Source: Candidatus Sumerlaeia bacterium (GTDB lineage: Bacteria > Sumerlaeota > Sumerlaeia > MVZB01). Taken from it: DNA of 64,000 nt. The notes beneath the pieces are model-generated. The model ran no database searches. It was not told the origin of the DNA and saw nothing but the letters and a program-made list of their open reading frames with translations. Location: the NCBI GenBank assembly GCA_039683515.1, contig JBDKRG010000011.1, forward strand, positions 14,328 through 78,327. Direction: 5' to 3'. Made by a program: the position numbers and the translations under genes. Positions 18,863 through 29,400 of this stretch are shown here, in pieces (position 1 is the first letter of the stretch; every line of letters begins with the position of its first letter).

Positions 18863-19411
18863 TCAGGCGCGGTTCTTGACGTAAATGACGGCGTCCTCGC
18901 GCGTGCCGTCGGGGCGGGGCTCGCCGCAAGGGATGACAAGCTCGCGGGTAAAACCGAGCCGCTCGGGAATTTTCCAGCTTTTCGTGTTCGATAGCGCGGC
19001 CCGAATGCGAATCTCTCCGGCGCCGAGTTGGTTGATCGCGTATTCGGCGACCGCCCCGACCGCTTCGGTCATGAAGCCGCTGCCGGATTTGCGTGTGTCC
19101 ATCCAGTAGCCGATCTCAAAGCTCGGGATCGCGAGGTCCTTGGGACGGATGCCGATGAAGCCGACAAAATCGCCTGTTCGATTTTCCCGGATGGTAAAAC
19201 GGAATTCGCGCATCGGGTCGTCGGACTCGAGCAGGCGCGCAATATTTTTTCGCGTGTCCTCGCCTGTCGGCACAGGGTTGACCCACGGCATATAGCGGCT
19301 CAGCGCGGGAAGGCTGGCGAGGATCGCCGCGTGGGCCGCCTCGGCATCGGCGGGCTCGGCCCGGCAAAGCGTCAGGCGCGGAGTACGGAGTACGGGGGAC
19401 GAGTCATGCAT
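18863..19411 (-). CDS. GNAT family N-acetyltransferase (RimJ/RimL-like)
   Basis: 182 aa with the RimJ/L-type LTLCRAEPADAE...FEIGYW acetyltransferase fold motifs. Confidence 0.8.
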   Translation of the reverse strand: MHDSSPVLRTPRLTLCRAEPADAEAAHAAILASLPALSRYMPWVNPVPTGEDTRKNIARLLESDDPMREFRFTIRENRTGDFVGFIGIRPKDLAIPSFEIGYWMDTRKSGSGFMTEAVGAVAEYAINQLGAGEIRIRAALSNTKSWKIPERLGFTRELVIPCGEPRPDGTREDAVIYVKNRA

Positions 19412-19421
19412 GGCCGGAAAC

Positions 19422-20066
19422 CTAAACGACGCGGTTGACCACCTGCTTGACGCCGCTCATGGACGAGAGATCCCTGAGCAGGCGCTGCGCCTTGGCGATC
19501 GAACCGGTGAACGAGACGTTGACGACCAGGTTGCCGTCCTTGTCCTGGCTGATTTTTGCGCCGCAGGCGTCGGCGCGCTCGATGAGGAATTTTTCCTGGA
19601 TGCGCTGGTAGATCCATTCGTCGTTCTGCGCGAGGATCCGGAATTGATGCTTGATGCGGCCGCGGACAATGATCCTGTTTTCGACATAGCCCATGGCGTG
19701 CAGGATGAGGAGGGCCAGCACCGTGCCGATGATCGCCAGCAGGTAATGCTGCGAGCCGGCGAACACGCCGAGCGCGGCGACGACCCAGACCGTCGCGGCC
19801 GAGGTCAGGCCGTGGATCGCCTCGTGACGGTCGCGGATGATCGTGCCCGCGCCGAGGAAGCCGATGCCCGTGACGATCTGCGCGGCGATTCGGCCGGGGT
19901 CCCCGCCGATCACGATTGACGCATACGTGAACATGGCCGAGCCGATGGCGATCAACATGTTCGTGCGCAGGCCGGCGGGCTTGTGCTGAAGCTCGCGCTC
20001 GAGCCCGAGCGCGGCGCCGCACAGCGCCGCGATCAGGAACGCGGGGATGAAGTGGAGATCGCTCAT
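19422..20066 (-). CDS. mgtC: MgtC/SapB family membrane protein
   Basis: An MgtC N-terminal 4-TM domain (ALCGAALGLERE, GIGFLGAGTI) is followed by an ACT-like C-terminal domain. Confidence 0.9.
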   Translation of the reverse strand: MSDLHFIPAFLIAALCGAALGLERELQHKPAGLRTNMLIAIGSAMFTYASIVIGGDPGRIAAQIVTGIGFLGAGTIIRDRHEAIHGLTSAATVWVVAALGVFAGSQHYLLAIIGTVLALLILHAMGYVENRIIVRGRIKHQFRILAQNDEWIYQRIQEKFLIERADACGAKISQDKDGNLVVNVSFTGSIAKAQRLLRDLSSMSGVKQVVNRVV

Positions 20067-20070
20067 GTGG

Positions 20071-20150
20071 ATTCCTTAAGCCCGAAATTCGAATATCGAA
20101 ACCCGAAACAAATTCTAATTTAGAAAATTCGAAATTCAAAAAAACTTTTA
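20071..20150 (+). repeat. Copy C of the AT-rich intergenic element, abutting the mgtC start codon (opposite orientation to the transcript)
   Basis: attccttaagcccgaaattcgaatatcgaaacccgaaacaaattctaatttagaaaattcgaaattcaaaaaaac. Confidence 0.6.
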
Positions 20151-20206
20151 TCACGAAATGCGTGGTACACACAAATTCCGCCTGAAGGCGTGACTCCGAA
20201 CAAAAA

Positions 20207-22243
20207 TTATCGATACAATTCGAGCTCGCCGGGGCGGGTCTCGATGGGGAGCAGGGTCGGGTGGAAATCGATGCCGCTCACGCCGGCGCCCCCCTCGACC
20301 GCCATCGGGATCGGCAGGCGCTTGAGGCGCGCGACTTTTTCGCGCGTCTCCTGGCCCATGGCGCCGCTCAGGAGCAGCCACCCGCGCAGGCGCTCGGGGA
20401 ACTGGTCGAGCGTCAGGTCGGCGCTGAAAATCCGCGTCTGCGTGGGATAGCGGACCGGGTAGCGCAGGTTGAAGCGGTCGGGCCGGCCGGGGTCGGGGCG
20501 CTCGATCGTGAGGCCCGCGTTCGTGATTTCGCCGTTGTCGGGCCTGCCGTCGAACCACTCGGGGGAGCCGGCCAGGCCCGCCGGCAGCGGCCGGCCGCTC
20601 CAGTCGGCGAGGGTCGACCAGTCGAGGAGCCACTTGTTCTGCTGGGGCCTGGGCTTTTGTTTCTTGAACTTGATCTTGACGTCGGGGTCGATGGCGCGGG
20701 CGCGCGCGGCGAGCGTTGCGCTCGACTCGGGCGTCGATTCGGCCATGCGGGCCAGGCGCCGCGACTCGGCCTTGTCGAGCTTGCGCCGGGCCTTGTCGTC
20801 GAGCAGGCCGGCGGCGGCGAGCCTTGCGCGCGCATCGCCGAAACGGCCGTCTCGGGCATCGGCCCTGGCCAGGGCTCGCGCCACGGCTCGGGCGTCCTCG
20901 GATTTGGGGTCGGGGACGTCGCCGAGCCATTCGGCCTGGGCGTCGCGGACTTCGTCGGCGGGGACGGGCGGCGCGATCGCGGACTGCACGCTGCGGCCGA
21001 TGACCTCGAAGACGAAGAACACGCCGATGTTCTGCATCGCCTCGTAGGTCTGGCTCGCCCACGACGCGGCCTTGTAGGTGCGGCGGCGCGGCGTGTCCGA
21101 GCCGATGAAAATGTAATGCATGAGCTGGCCGCGCCGGCGCGCGCGCGCCGCGTCGAGCCGGCGGTCGGGGTTTTGGCCGGGGTCGTCGACGATCGCGCCG
21201 GCCCAGCGGCGCATGTCCGCGGGGGCTTCGGGATTGCTTTCGAGCGCCGATTGCCACGCGCGCATCGACTCGGCCCGGCCGCGGTCGGGCGCCGGCGGCA
21301 GCGACGCGATCAGCTCCGAGCCGAGCCTGTTTTCGGCCGACGCGTTCGCGGTCTTCGCGGCGCCGCCGGCCAGGATCGCGCGGATGAGCTCGGGATCGGC
21401 GGGGCGGACGGGCGGGGTGCGGTCGGGGTAGCCGACCTGCGCCGAGGCCATGGCGCGGCGGCGAAGCGCGGCGCTTTCCTCGGCGGCCTGGACGCGCAGC
21501 TTTTCGGCGGCGCCCCAATCGGGCCGGTTGACGAGCGCCTGTTGCGCGTAGAACTCGGCGGCCTCGGGGTCGTCGTGGTCGAACGCAAACTGCGCGCGGT
21601 CGAGGTCCCCGGCCGCGAGGGCCCGGCCGACGCGGCGCTGGAGGCTCTCGAAGCGCGCCGGATCGCGCTTGCCGAGCGAGCCCGACTGCATCGCCATGTC
21701 GTAGGCGCGGCGTTCGAGCGGGTCGGCCTCGGCCGGCTGGATGAGGTCGTTCACGGCGTCGACGCCGAGCTGCGCGACGGCCTGGATGCGCCCCTGCAGC
21801 GTCTCCCCGACCGTGACCATCAGCCGATTGAACCAGTTCGCGTAATAACCGTAGCGCCGGATGAACTGCGCCTGGCGGCTACGGAAATCGGGATTCTCCG
21901 AAACCGTCTCGAGGATGATCCCGCGCAGGTAATACGAATCGGTGTGCCGGTAGAGGTCGCGCAGGGCCTGTTCGCGCTCGTCGGCCGACTGGACCGTCAG
22001 CGCCCACGCGTAGGCATTCCAGTCGGCCAGCTCGCTCGCCTTCGTGTTGGGAACGGGATGATTCGAGAGGCTGGCGCGCAGCAGGGCGGCGGCTTCCTGG
22101 TCGGCGGCGGCGAATGCTAAAGATGAAAATGCAAAGAGACAAATGAGAACGCTTGCTCGTATTCGGTGACGATTCCAGCCTTCGCCAAGGCTTCGGCCGG
22201 CAAGACGAGCACGAGCACGAACGATTCGAGGCGCGAAAATCAT
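20207..22243 (-). CDS. Hypothetical secreted/periplasmic protein (678 aa) translationally coupled to the upstream GT39
   Basis: The track ORF 20207..23716 is chimeric. Its arginine-rich N-terminal 490 aa is a shadow of the GT39 gene. The real start is MIFAPRIV..., followed by a signal-like LICLFAFSSLAFAAADQ. An ATGA overlap with the GT39 stop lies at 22240-22243. Confidence 0.6.
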   Translation of the reverse strand: MIFAPRIVRARARLAGRSLGEGWNRHRIRASVLICLFAFSSLAFAAADQEAAALLRASLSNHPVPNTKASELADWNAYAWALTVQSADEREQALRDLYRHTDSYYLRGIILETVSENPDFRSRQAQFIRRYGYYANWFNRLMVTVGETLQGRIQAVAQLGVDAVNDLIQPAEADPLERRAYDMAMQSGSLGKRDPARFESLQRRVGRALAAGDLDRAQFAFDHDDPEAAEFYAQQALVNRPDWGAAEKLRVQAAEESAALRRRAMASAQVGYPDRTPPVRPADPELIRAILAGGAAKTANASAENRLGSELIASLPPAPDRGRAESMRAWQSALESNPEAPADMRRWAGAIVDDPGQNPDRRLDAARARRRGQLMHYIFIGSDTPRRRTYKAASWASQTYEAMQNIGVFFVFEVIGRSVQSAIAPPVPADEVRDAQAEWLGDVPDPKSEDARAVARALARADARDGRFGDARARLAAAGLLDDKARRKLDKAESRRLARMAESTPESSATLAARARAIDPDVKIKFKKQKPRPQQNKWLLDWSTLADWSGRPLPAGLAGSPEWFDGRPDNGEITNAGLTIERPDPGRPDRFNLRYPVRYPTQTRIFSADLTLDQFPERLRGWLLLSGAMGQETREKVARLKRLPIPMAVEGGAGVSGIDFHPTLLPIETRPGELELYR

Positions 22244-23898
22244 TTCTTCTGATCCAGCTGCTTTTGCAACCGTTCCAATTTTTGAAGGCGCTGCCGGGAC
22301 TCGACGTCGGGGGTCGGCTGGGGCGGCGGCGCGAGTTCCACCTTGCCGCCGGCGACGGGCGCGCCCTCGACCTGCAGGACCACGGTCTCGAAATTCTGCG
22401 GCTGGTAACGGAAATTCATCGCCATCGGGTTCTGGTTGAGCCGGGGGACAAGATCGGGGAAGAGCGGCAGCGCGCTGGAGTGGAAATCGCCGACCAGGCG
22501 CAGCGGCATGGCCTGCATCTGCGCGTTGATGAAGTCGTGGAATTGCGCGAGCGGCAGCTGCGCGTACCAATTCGAGAAAATCACGACGTCGCCGGGCTGG
22601 AGGGTCGACCAGATGCTCTGCGGCAGGTACTTGACCGCGCGGCCCGACCAGAAGATCGCCTTGGGGGGGCCGACTTCCGCGTCCACCTTCTCGTTGTAGG
22701 ACTCGTTCGTGAAGACGCGGCCGATCGAGGCGGCGGGCATTTCGGCGACGCGCTCGGCGGCGAGCTTGAAATCCTCGAACGGCTGGGTCTGGCTCCACGC
22801 GACGACGCCGGCAAAGACCAGGGCGTAGGCGATCGCCGGCCCGGCAACCGCGGCGAAGCGCAGCCGATTGGACTCGCAACGGCGCTGCCACGTCGCGAAA
22901 CCGTGGCCGGCGAAGACGCAAACGAGCGGAACCAGCGGGAACAGGTAACGCTCCTGGTACGACATGAACGCCGACTGGAGGGCGAGGATCGCCAGCATCA
23001 GCGCGAGGCCGATCCAGCCCGCCCAGCGCAGCCGCCACGTCGACCAGTTGACGCGAAACAGGCCGTACAGGAAAAAGCCAAACAGCCCCCACGTCACGAA
23101 ATACGGCCCGCGCATGACGAATTCCTCGACCATCATCCAGTAGTCGATCGGCCGCGTCGCGCGATCCTCGATCTGGCGGAAATGCGTCAGGAGCGGCGTG
23201 ATCCCCTCGCGCGCGAGCCACAGCGGCACGGCAAGCCACGGGAGGATGGAGAGGCAGTCCTGAGTTCTGAGTCCTGAGTCCTGAGTCTTTTTCGCAAACA
23301 TGCGCCACGCCATCACGGCGGCGATCGGGATCAGGAGGAAAATGCCCTGGTAGCGGGTCAGCGTCGCCAGCGTGCCGAGGAGCGAGGCGATCAGCAGCCA
23401 GCGCGAGCCGGCCTTCGGGTCGGGCGCGATCGGCCGGCCCTCGCTGTGGATGAACTGGTCGGGGCGCCACGCCGCGACGGCGAGCGCCACCGAAGCCAGC
23501 GAGCCGCTCCACAGGGCGACCATCAGCGCGTCGGTCATCGGCTGAAGGCTCCAGCGCATCGGCATCGGGCTGACGATCCAGGCCACGGCGGCCCACCGCG
23601 CGGCGCGCCGGCCGAAGAGCGTTTTCGTCAGCGCCATGATCGGGATCACGGCCAGCGCGCCGGCAAGGAACGAAACCAGCCGGCCGGCGTTTTCGAGCCC
23701 GACGCCCGGGATCCACGCAAACAGCCGGGCGACGATGGCGTAAAACGGGGGCCAGTAACTCAGGCCGAAACGGAAGGTGTCGAGCGCGAGGACGCCGTCG
23801 GTGTAGGCGCCGTTGGCAAGCGGCAGGAAAAACCCGCGCCAGGCGAGCGCCGCTGCGACTGCGATCAAATCGTCACGGAGTTTGACGGGACGTGCCAT
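22240..23898 (-). CDS. Glycosyltransferase family 39 (PMT/ArnT-like polytopic membrane glycosyltransferase)
   Basis: 552 aa with about 12 transmembrane segments and a PMT_2-type N-terminus (LIAVAAALAWRGFFLP...YWPPFYAIVARLF). It contains the internal heptamer repeat GAGTCCT x4 (23256-23283), which encodes TQDSGLRTQD. Confidence 0.8.
   Translation of the reverse strand: MARPVKLRDDLIAVAAALAWRGFFLPLANGAYTDGVLALDTFRFGLSYWPPFYAIVARLFAWIPGVGLENAGRLVSFLAGALAVIPIMALTKTLFGRRAARWAAVAWIVSPMPMRWSLQPMTDALMVALWSGSLASVALAVAAWRPDQFIHSEGRPIAPDPKAGSRWLLIASLLGTLATLTRYQGIFLLIPIAAVMAWRMFAKKTQDSGLRTQDCLSILPWLAVPLWLAREGITPLLTHFRQIEDRATRPIDYWMMVEEFVMRGPYFVTWGLFGFFLYGLFRVNWSTWRLRWAGWIGLALMLAILALQSAFMSYQERYLFPLVPLVCVFAGHGFATWQRRCESNRLRFAAVAGPAIAYALVFAGVVAWSQTQPFEDFKLAAERVAEMPAASIGRVFTNESYNEKVDAEVGPPKAIFWSGRAVKYLPQSIWSTLQPGDVVIFSNWYAQLPLAQFHDFINAQMQAMPLRLVGDFHSSALPLFPDLVPRLNQNPMAMNFRYQPQNFETVVLQVEGAPVAGGKVELAPPPQPTPDVESRQRLQKLERLQKQLDQKK
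23256..23283. repeat. Heptanucleotide tandem repeat (A)GTCCTG x4 (one unit AGTTCTG) inside the GT39 coding sequence
   Basis: cagtcctgagttctgagtcctgagtcctgagtc. The same heptamer recurs at 48112-48153 and 48292-48308. Confidence 0.85.
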
Positions 23899-24063
23899 GC
23901 GACCTCATTCCACCGATGTATCCTCGATATCGCGGCGGGTCGCGTCAATAAAAACATCGTGAAATCGCAAGGAATCGGGCGGGTGCATTTTGTTTGCTCA
24001 TTCATCGGGGCTGGCCAATAATGGCCCGGATTTGCGCATTGAATATTCATCCGGAGGTTGGCG

Positions 24064-25038
24064 ATGGAATACACCCGACTCGGCCGCAGCGGCCTCGACG
24101 TCAGCCGCGTGACGCTCGGCACGATGAACTTCGGCAACGTCACGGGCGAGGCCGACGCCTTCAAGATCATGGACCGCGCCCTCGAGCTCGGGATCACGTT
24201 CTTCGACACCTCGAACAACTACGGGTTCGTGCCCAAGGGCCTCACCGAGCAGATCATCGGCCGCTGGCTGGCGCAGGGGGGCGACCGCCGCGACAGCATC
24301 GTGCTCGCCACCAAGTTCTACGCCGGGATGGGCAACAGCCCCACCCACCAGAAGGGCCTGACCGCGATCAAGATCCGCCGCGACATCGAGGACAGCCTCA
24401 GGCGCCTGCAGACCGATCACGTCGATTTGTACCAGATGCACCACGTCGACCGTCGCGTCGGGTGGGAAGAGCTGTGGCCGGCGCTCGAGCGGGTCGTCAA
24501 CGACGGCAAGACGATTTACGTCGGGTCGAGCAATTTCGGCGGGTGGCACATCGCGCAGGCGCAGGCGCTGGCCCGCGAGCGCCACTTCATGGGACTCATC
24601 AGCGAACAGCACCAGTATTCCTTGGTCTGCCGGCTGCCCGAGCTCGAGGTCCTGCCGTGCTGCAAGGCGCACGGGATCGGCGTCATCGTGTATTCGCCGC
24701 TCGGCGGGGGGCTCTTGAGCGGCCACGCGCTGAACCCCTCCAAGGGGACGCGCGCCGACAGCGACGAGGCCCGCGCCAGGATCGAGAAATGGCGGCCGGC
24801 GCTCGAGGCGTTCGGCGCGCTGTGCAAAAAGATCGGCCAGCGCGAAGCCGACGTGGCGCTCGCGTGGACGCGCCGGAACGACGCGATCACGTCGCTGATC
24901 CTCGGCCCGCGAAACGTCGAGCAACTCGAGCAACTCGTCGCCGGGTTGAGCTTGAAACTGGACGACGAGACGATGGCGGAACTGGACAAGATCTTCCCGG
25001 GCCCCGGAGGCCCCGCGCCGGAAGCTTACGCATGGTAA
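24064..25038 (+). CDS. Aldo/keto reductase
   Basis: MEYTRLGRSGLDVSRVTLGTMNFG start and AKR-typical length. The track ORF starts 2 codons earlier at a TTG. Confidence 0.9.
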   Translation: MEYTRLGRSGLDVSRVTLGTMNFGNVTGEADAFKIMDRALELGITFFDTSNNYGFVPKGLTEQIIGRWLAQGGDRRDSIVLATKFYAGMGNSPTHQKGLTAIKIRRDIEDSLRRLQTDHVDLYQMHHVDRRVGWEELWPALERVVNDGKTIYVGSSNFGGWHIAQAQALARERHFMGLISEQHQYSLVCRLPELEVLPCCKAHGIGVIVYSPLGGGLLSGHALNPSKGTRADSDEARARIEKWRPALEAFGALCKKIGQREADVALAWTRRNDAITSLILGPRNVEQLEQLVAGLSLKLDDETMAELDKIFPGPGGPAPEAYAW

Positions 25039-25040
25039 GA

Positions 25041-25130
25041 GGGAAATCAGTCAGAATCAGAAAGAATCGGAGAGAAATTCGAAACAAATCCGAGGAAATA
25101 TTAATAAAAATCATTCAATGAATTAAATGG
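25041..25130 (+). repeat. Copy D of the AT-rich intergenic element, directly after the AKR stop
   Basis: gggaaatcagtcagaatcagaaagaatcggagagaaattcgaaacaaatccgaggaaatattaataaaaatcattcaatgaattaaatgg. Confidence 0.7.
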
Positions 25131-25335
25131 AACGCGGATGACGCGGATCGGGCGGATGTGCACGGATCATTTTTGAACCGCCAAGACGCCCAGATCACCA
25201 GGACCCGAAATCTTTCATTCTATTGTTCTTTGCGCCCTTGGCGTCTTGACGGTTCGATTGCGCCCTTCAAACAAACATGTTTTTTGCGCTTTTTGCACTT
25301 TTGCGATTTCGCGTGATCAATCTGGATTGGCTGTT

Positions 25336-26421
25336 TTACCCCGCCAACACGCCAACCTGCTCTCCAACCGCAAGTCCGCTCAGGACCTCCCTCGCCCCTC
25401 CTCTTCTCGACTCCCCGAGCGTCACGAACCTTCTCTCGAATTCGCCGTTGCCCTTCTCGACCCACACATACGTCAATTGCCCCACTTGTAAGATAGCTTT
25501 CTCGGGCGCGTAGATGCGCTTTTCGCGGCCGGTCGGGATCAGCAGTCGGCCAAACATGCCGGGATAGATTTCGGCGCGTTCGGGGAGGGCGACCTTGACC
25601 AGCATCGAGCGCGAGCCGGGCTCGGCCTGCGGGACGATCTCCTCAACTCTGCCGGTAATCGTCGTTGAAAGCGCATCGATCGAAATGGTCAGCTCGGCGC
25701 CGGGTCGCAACCGGCCGGCGAGCGATTCGCGCACGTAGGCTTCGAGCCTCATCCGCGACGGATCGTAGAGCTTCAGGATCGGCGTGCCGGGCGTGGCGGT
25801 GTCGCCGGGGTCGGCGTATTTATCGACGATCCGGCCGGCGAAGGGGGCTTCGATCACGGCGTAGCTCGAGCCGGCCTGCGCCTCGCCGACGGACTGTTCG
25901 GCGCGCGCGACTTCGGCCTGGGCGGTCTTGTAGGCGGCCTCGGCGGTGTCGAACTGGGCGCGCGCGATGATCCCTTTATCGACGAGCTGCTTCATCCGGT
26001 TGTATTCCTTCTGGGCCTCGGACTGGCGCGCGCGGGCGGAGTTGAGCGACTGCTGGGCCTGCTGCTCGCGCGCGGCGAGGTCGCGGCTGTCGAGCCGCGC
26101 GAGGACCTGGCCGCGCTCGACGCGGTCGCCCGCGCCGACGTTGATCTCGCCGATCGTTGCCATGATGCGCGGCGAAATCATCGCCTCGCGGATGGCGGAA
26201 AGCGTCCCCGGCACGCGCTCGATGACGAGGTCGTCCGAGGCGATCACCGGCTCGACCGCCGCGAATTTCGGAGCCTGAGCTTCGGGCGCGGCCACCACGC
26301 CCGGCTCGACCTTGGTCTTGAAAACGCCGGCCAGCCAGGCAAGCAACAGGACCAGGGCGACCGTGCCCATCACCCACAAAATAACGCTGCGAAGGTTGTT
26401 CTTATTCATCTTTTTCCTCAT
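25336..26421 (-). CDS. RND efflux periplasmic adaptor (membrane fusion protein, HlyD/AcrA family)
   Basis: An N-terminal transmembrane anchor is followed by a coiled-coil region (QQAQQSLNSARARQSEAQKEYNRMKQL), a lipoyl-like domain and a beta-barrel domain. The likely start is MRKKMNKNN. Confidence 0.85.
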   Translation of the reverse strand: MRKKMNKNNLRSVILWVMGTVALVLLLAWLAGVFKTKVEPGVVAAPEAQAPKFAAVEPVIASDDLVIERVPGTLSAIREAMISPRIMATIGEINVGAGDRVERGQVLARLDSRDLAAREQQAQQSLNSARARQSEAQKEYNRMKQLVDKGIIARAQFDTAEAAYKTAQAEVARAEQSVGEAQAGSSYAVIEAPFAGRIVDKYADPGDTATPGTPILKLYDPSRMRLEAYVRESLAGRLRPGAELTISIDALSTTITGRVEEIVPQAEPGSRSMLVKVALPERAEIYPGMFGRLLIPTGREKRIYAPEKAILQVGQLTYVWVEKGNGEFERRFVTLGESRRGGAREVLSGLAVGEQVGVLAG

Positions 26422-29400
26422 GGTGCAGCCCGTGGCCGGGCTTGTTGGCATAAACCAGGTAATACACGACCGGGATGACGCCGAGCGTGAAGACCGTCGA
26501 GGCCGCCACGCCGAAGATCACCGACCAGGCAAGGCCCGAGAAGATCGGGTCGAGCGTGATGACGATGTTGCCGAGCAGCGCCGTGCCGGCCGTTAGAATA
26601 ATCGGCCGCGTGCGGATCGCGCCGGACTGGATGAGCGACTCCTCGAGCGTCAATCCGCGCCTTAATCCGCGGTGAATGAAATCGACGAGGATCACCGAGT
26701 TGCGCACGACGATCCCGGCCAGCGCGATCATCCCGATCATCGCCGTGGCCGTGAAGAAGATCGGATTGGGCAGGCCGGCCACCACGCGCTCGCCGAACAA
26801 TCCAAGGCACCAGAAGCCCGGCATGATACCGATCATGGTGAGCGGGATCGCGAGGATCATGATCGCGGCGATGAGCGCCGAGCCGGTCTGAAGCCAAAGA
26901 ATCAGGTAAATGCCGATGCACGCCGCGCCGAACGCGAGGCCCAGGTCGCGGAATGCGTCGACGGTGATCTTCCACTCCCCTTCCCCGAGCCAGTTGATCG
27001 ACGTGCCGGCGGGAAGGGTCCATGGGATCCCGCCGCCGGGGCGGATGTAGTTGCGGTCGTTGAGAGGTTTGGGGTCAGCCGTCCCTCCGGGACTTTGTTG
27101 CTGGCGTTGATCTTGACCCGCCACTGACGTGGCGGGCTGAAGGCGATCGTCCCTCCGGGACTCGGTTTTCAGCCGGTCGGCGCCGACGTCGAGGACCACG
27201 TCGGCTGGGGCGCGGCCGGCGGTTTCAGCGAAGACGTAGGCGACGCGGCGCAGGTTCTTGTGATAGATCGTCTGGTCGACTTTTGTGTTGCGGATGCGGC
27301 CGACTTCGCCGAGCGGGACCATCGGTTGCGGGGCGTCCTCGAGCTGCGTGCCGACGCGCCGCTTCGTGATCCCGGCGCGGCCCTTGATGTAAAGCGACGA
27401 GAGCGAGTCGGGGTCCGAGCGCATCGGCCGCGACAGGCGCAGGACGATCGGGAGCGGCTGGGCCTCGGTCGGGATGTTCAGATCAGTCGCGGTCTGGCCG
27501 TCGATCGCGAGCGCGAGGGTCTGCGCGACGTCCTCGGTGCCGACGCCCGAAAGCGCGGCCTTTTCCTTGTCGGTGTCGAACACGAGCTTGGTTTGATCGG
27601 CCTCGACCGAGCTGTCGACGTCGACGACGAGCGGCTCTTTCTTCAGGCGCTCCGCGGTGACCAACGCCGCCTTTTGCAATGTTTGATAAGGCGTCTGCGG
27701 GTCGCCGTAGATTTCGGCCGTGACGGTCGAGATCACCGGCGGGCCGGGCGGCACTTCGACGATCTTGATGTTCGCGCCGAACGGCCGCGCGATTTTCTCG
27801 AGGTCGCGGCGGATGCGCAGGATGAGCGCGTGCGACTGCTGCGCGCGCGTTTTTTTGCCGATGAGGCTCACGCGCAGGTCGGCGACGTTCCCGCCCTGGC
27901 GCATGTAGTAGTGGCGCACCATGCCGTTGAAATCCATCGGCGAGGACAAGCCGACGAAACCGGTAAAATTCACGACCTCGGGGACGGTGCGCAGATACTG
28001 GGCGAGCGCGCGCGTGGCGGCCTCGGTGCGCTCCAGCGTGGTGCCCTCGTCCATGTCGACGACGACCTGGAACTCGTTCTTGTTGTCGAACGGGAGCATC
28101 TTGAGCGGCACGAGCCGGAACGCGGGCAGCGCGATGGCCGCGACAAAAAGCAGTCCGATCGCGCCCAGGAACAGCCACGCCAGCGCGCGGCTGCGCAGCA
28201 TCGGGCCCAGCAGCGCGTTGTAGATCTTGTAGAGCGGCGTGCGCTTGACGTCATAGTCCTCGCGGCCGCCGTGGCCGTCGCGCTTGAGGATCACGCGCGC
28301 CAGGAACGGCGTCACGCAGAACGCGACGATGAGGCTCATGCCGATCGTGATCGGGACGTTGAGCGCCATCGGCCGCATGTAGGGGCCCATCATCCCGGTG
28401 ATGAAAAACATCGGGATGAACGAGATGATCACGGCGATGGTGGCGAGGATCAGGGCGGGGCGGATCTCCTGGACGGCCAGCAGGATCGCGCGGCGCGGCG
28501 ACCATTTGCGCATCCGGTAGAAACGCTCGATATTTTCGACGTCGGTGATCGGGTCGTCGACGAGCAATCCCAGGGCGAGAATGAGCGCGAAGAGCGTCAC
28601 GCGGTTGATCGTGTAGCCGGCGACGTAATTGATGAGCAGCGTCGCGCCGTAGCAGACCGGCACGGCGAGCGCGATCACCAGCGCCGCGCGCCAGCCCAGG
28701 ACGAGCCCGACGAAGATCACGACCGTCAGCACGGCGACGGCGAGCGCCTCGACGAGGTCGTTCACCTTTTCGTTGGCCGTCTCGCCGTAGTTGCGCGTGA
28801 TCGTGCAGTGGATGTCGGGCGGCAGGAGGCGCTGCGCGGCGAGCTCGAGGCGCCGCTCGGCGTCGCGGGCGACCCAGACGGCGTTCGTGCCGCGCTGCTT
28901 GGCGACGGCGATCGAGACCGCCGGGTAAAGCCGCGGTTCCTTGTCGGCGCCGGCCGGCCCGAACCCGACCCACGTATAGGTCGTGGCCTCGTCCGGGCCG
29001 TCGATGACGCGCGCGACGTCCTTCAGGTAGACCGGGATGCCGTCGACGACGTTGACGACGAGATTTTCGAGGTCGCGCACGCCGGCGATGAACGAGCCGG
29101 CCTCGATCTTGATGGAGGCGTCGGCCTTGTCGATCGACCCGGCCGGGAGCTGGACGTTGTGCACGCCGAGCGCCCACGCGACCTCGAGCGGGGTCGTGCG
29201 GCGGGCGGCGAGGGCGTCGGGCATGAGCTCGACGCGAACGGCGCGCGGCCGGCCGCCGACCACCGTCACGCGGTTGGTGTTCGGCACGCCCTGGAGCTCG
29301 ATGACGAGTTCCTCGGCGAGGCGGCGCAGCTCGTAGTCGTCGGAGCGCGTGGGGTTGTCGCTCCACAGCGTGGCGATCACGATCGGGACGTCGTCGATCT

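Noticed and set aside
20207-23716. A single 1169-aa ORF on the minus strand.
   Set aside because: Its first about 490 residues are an arginine-rich shadow that overlaps the bona fide GT39 gene (22240..23898) in another frame. Only the last 678 aa (20207..22243) behave like a real protein.
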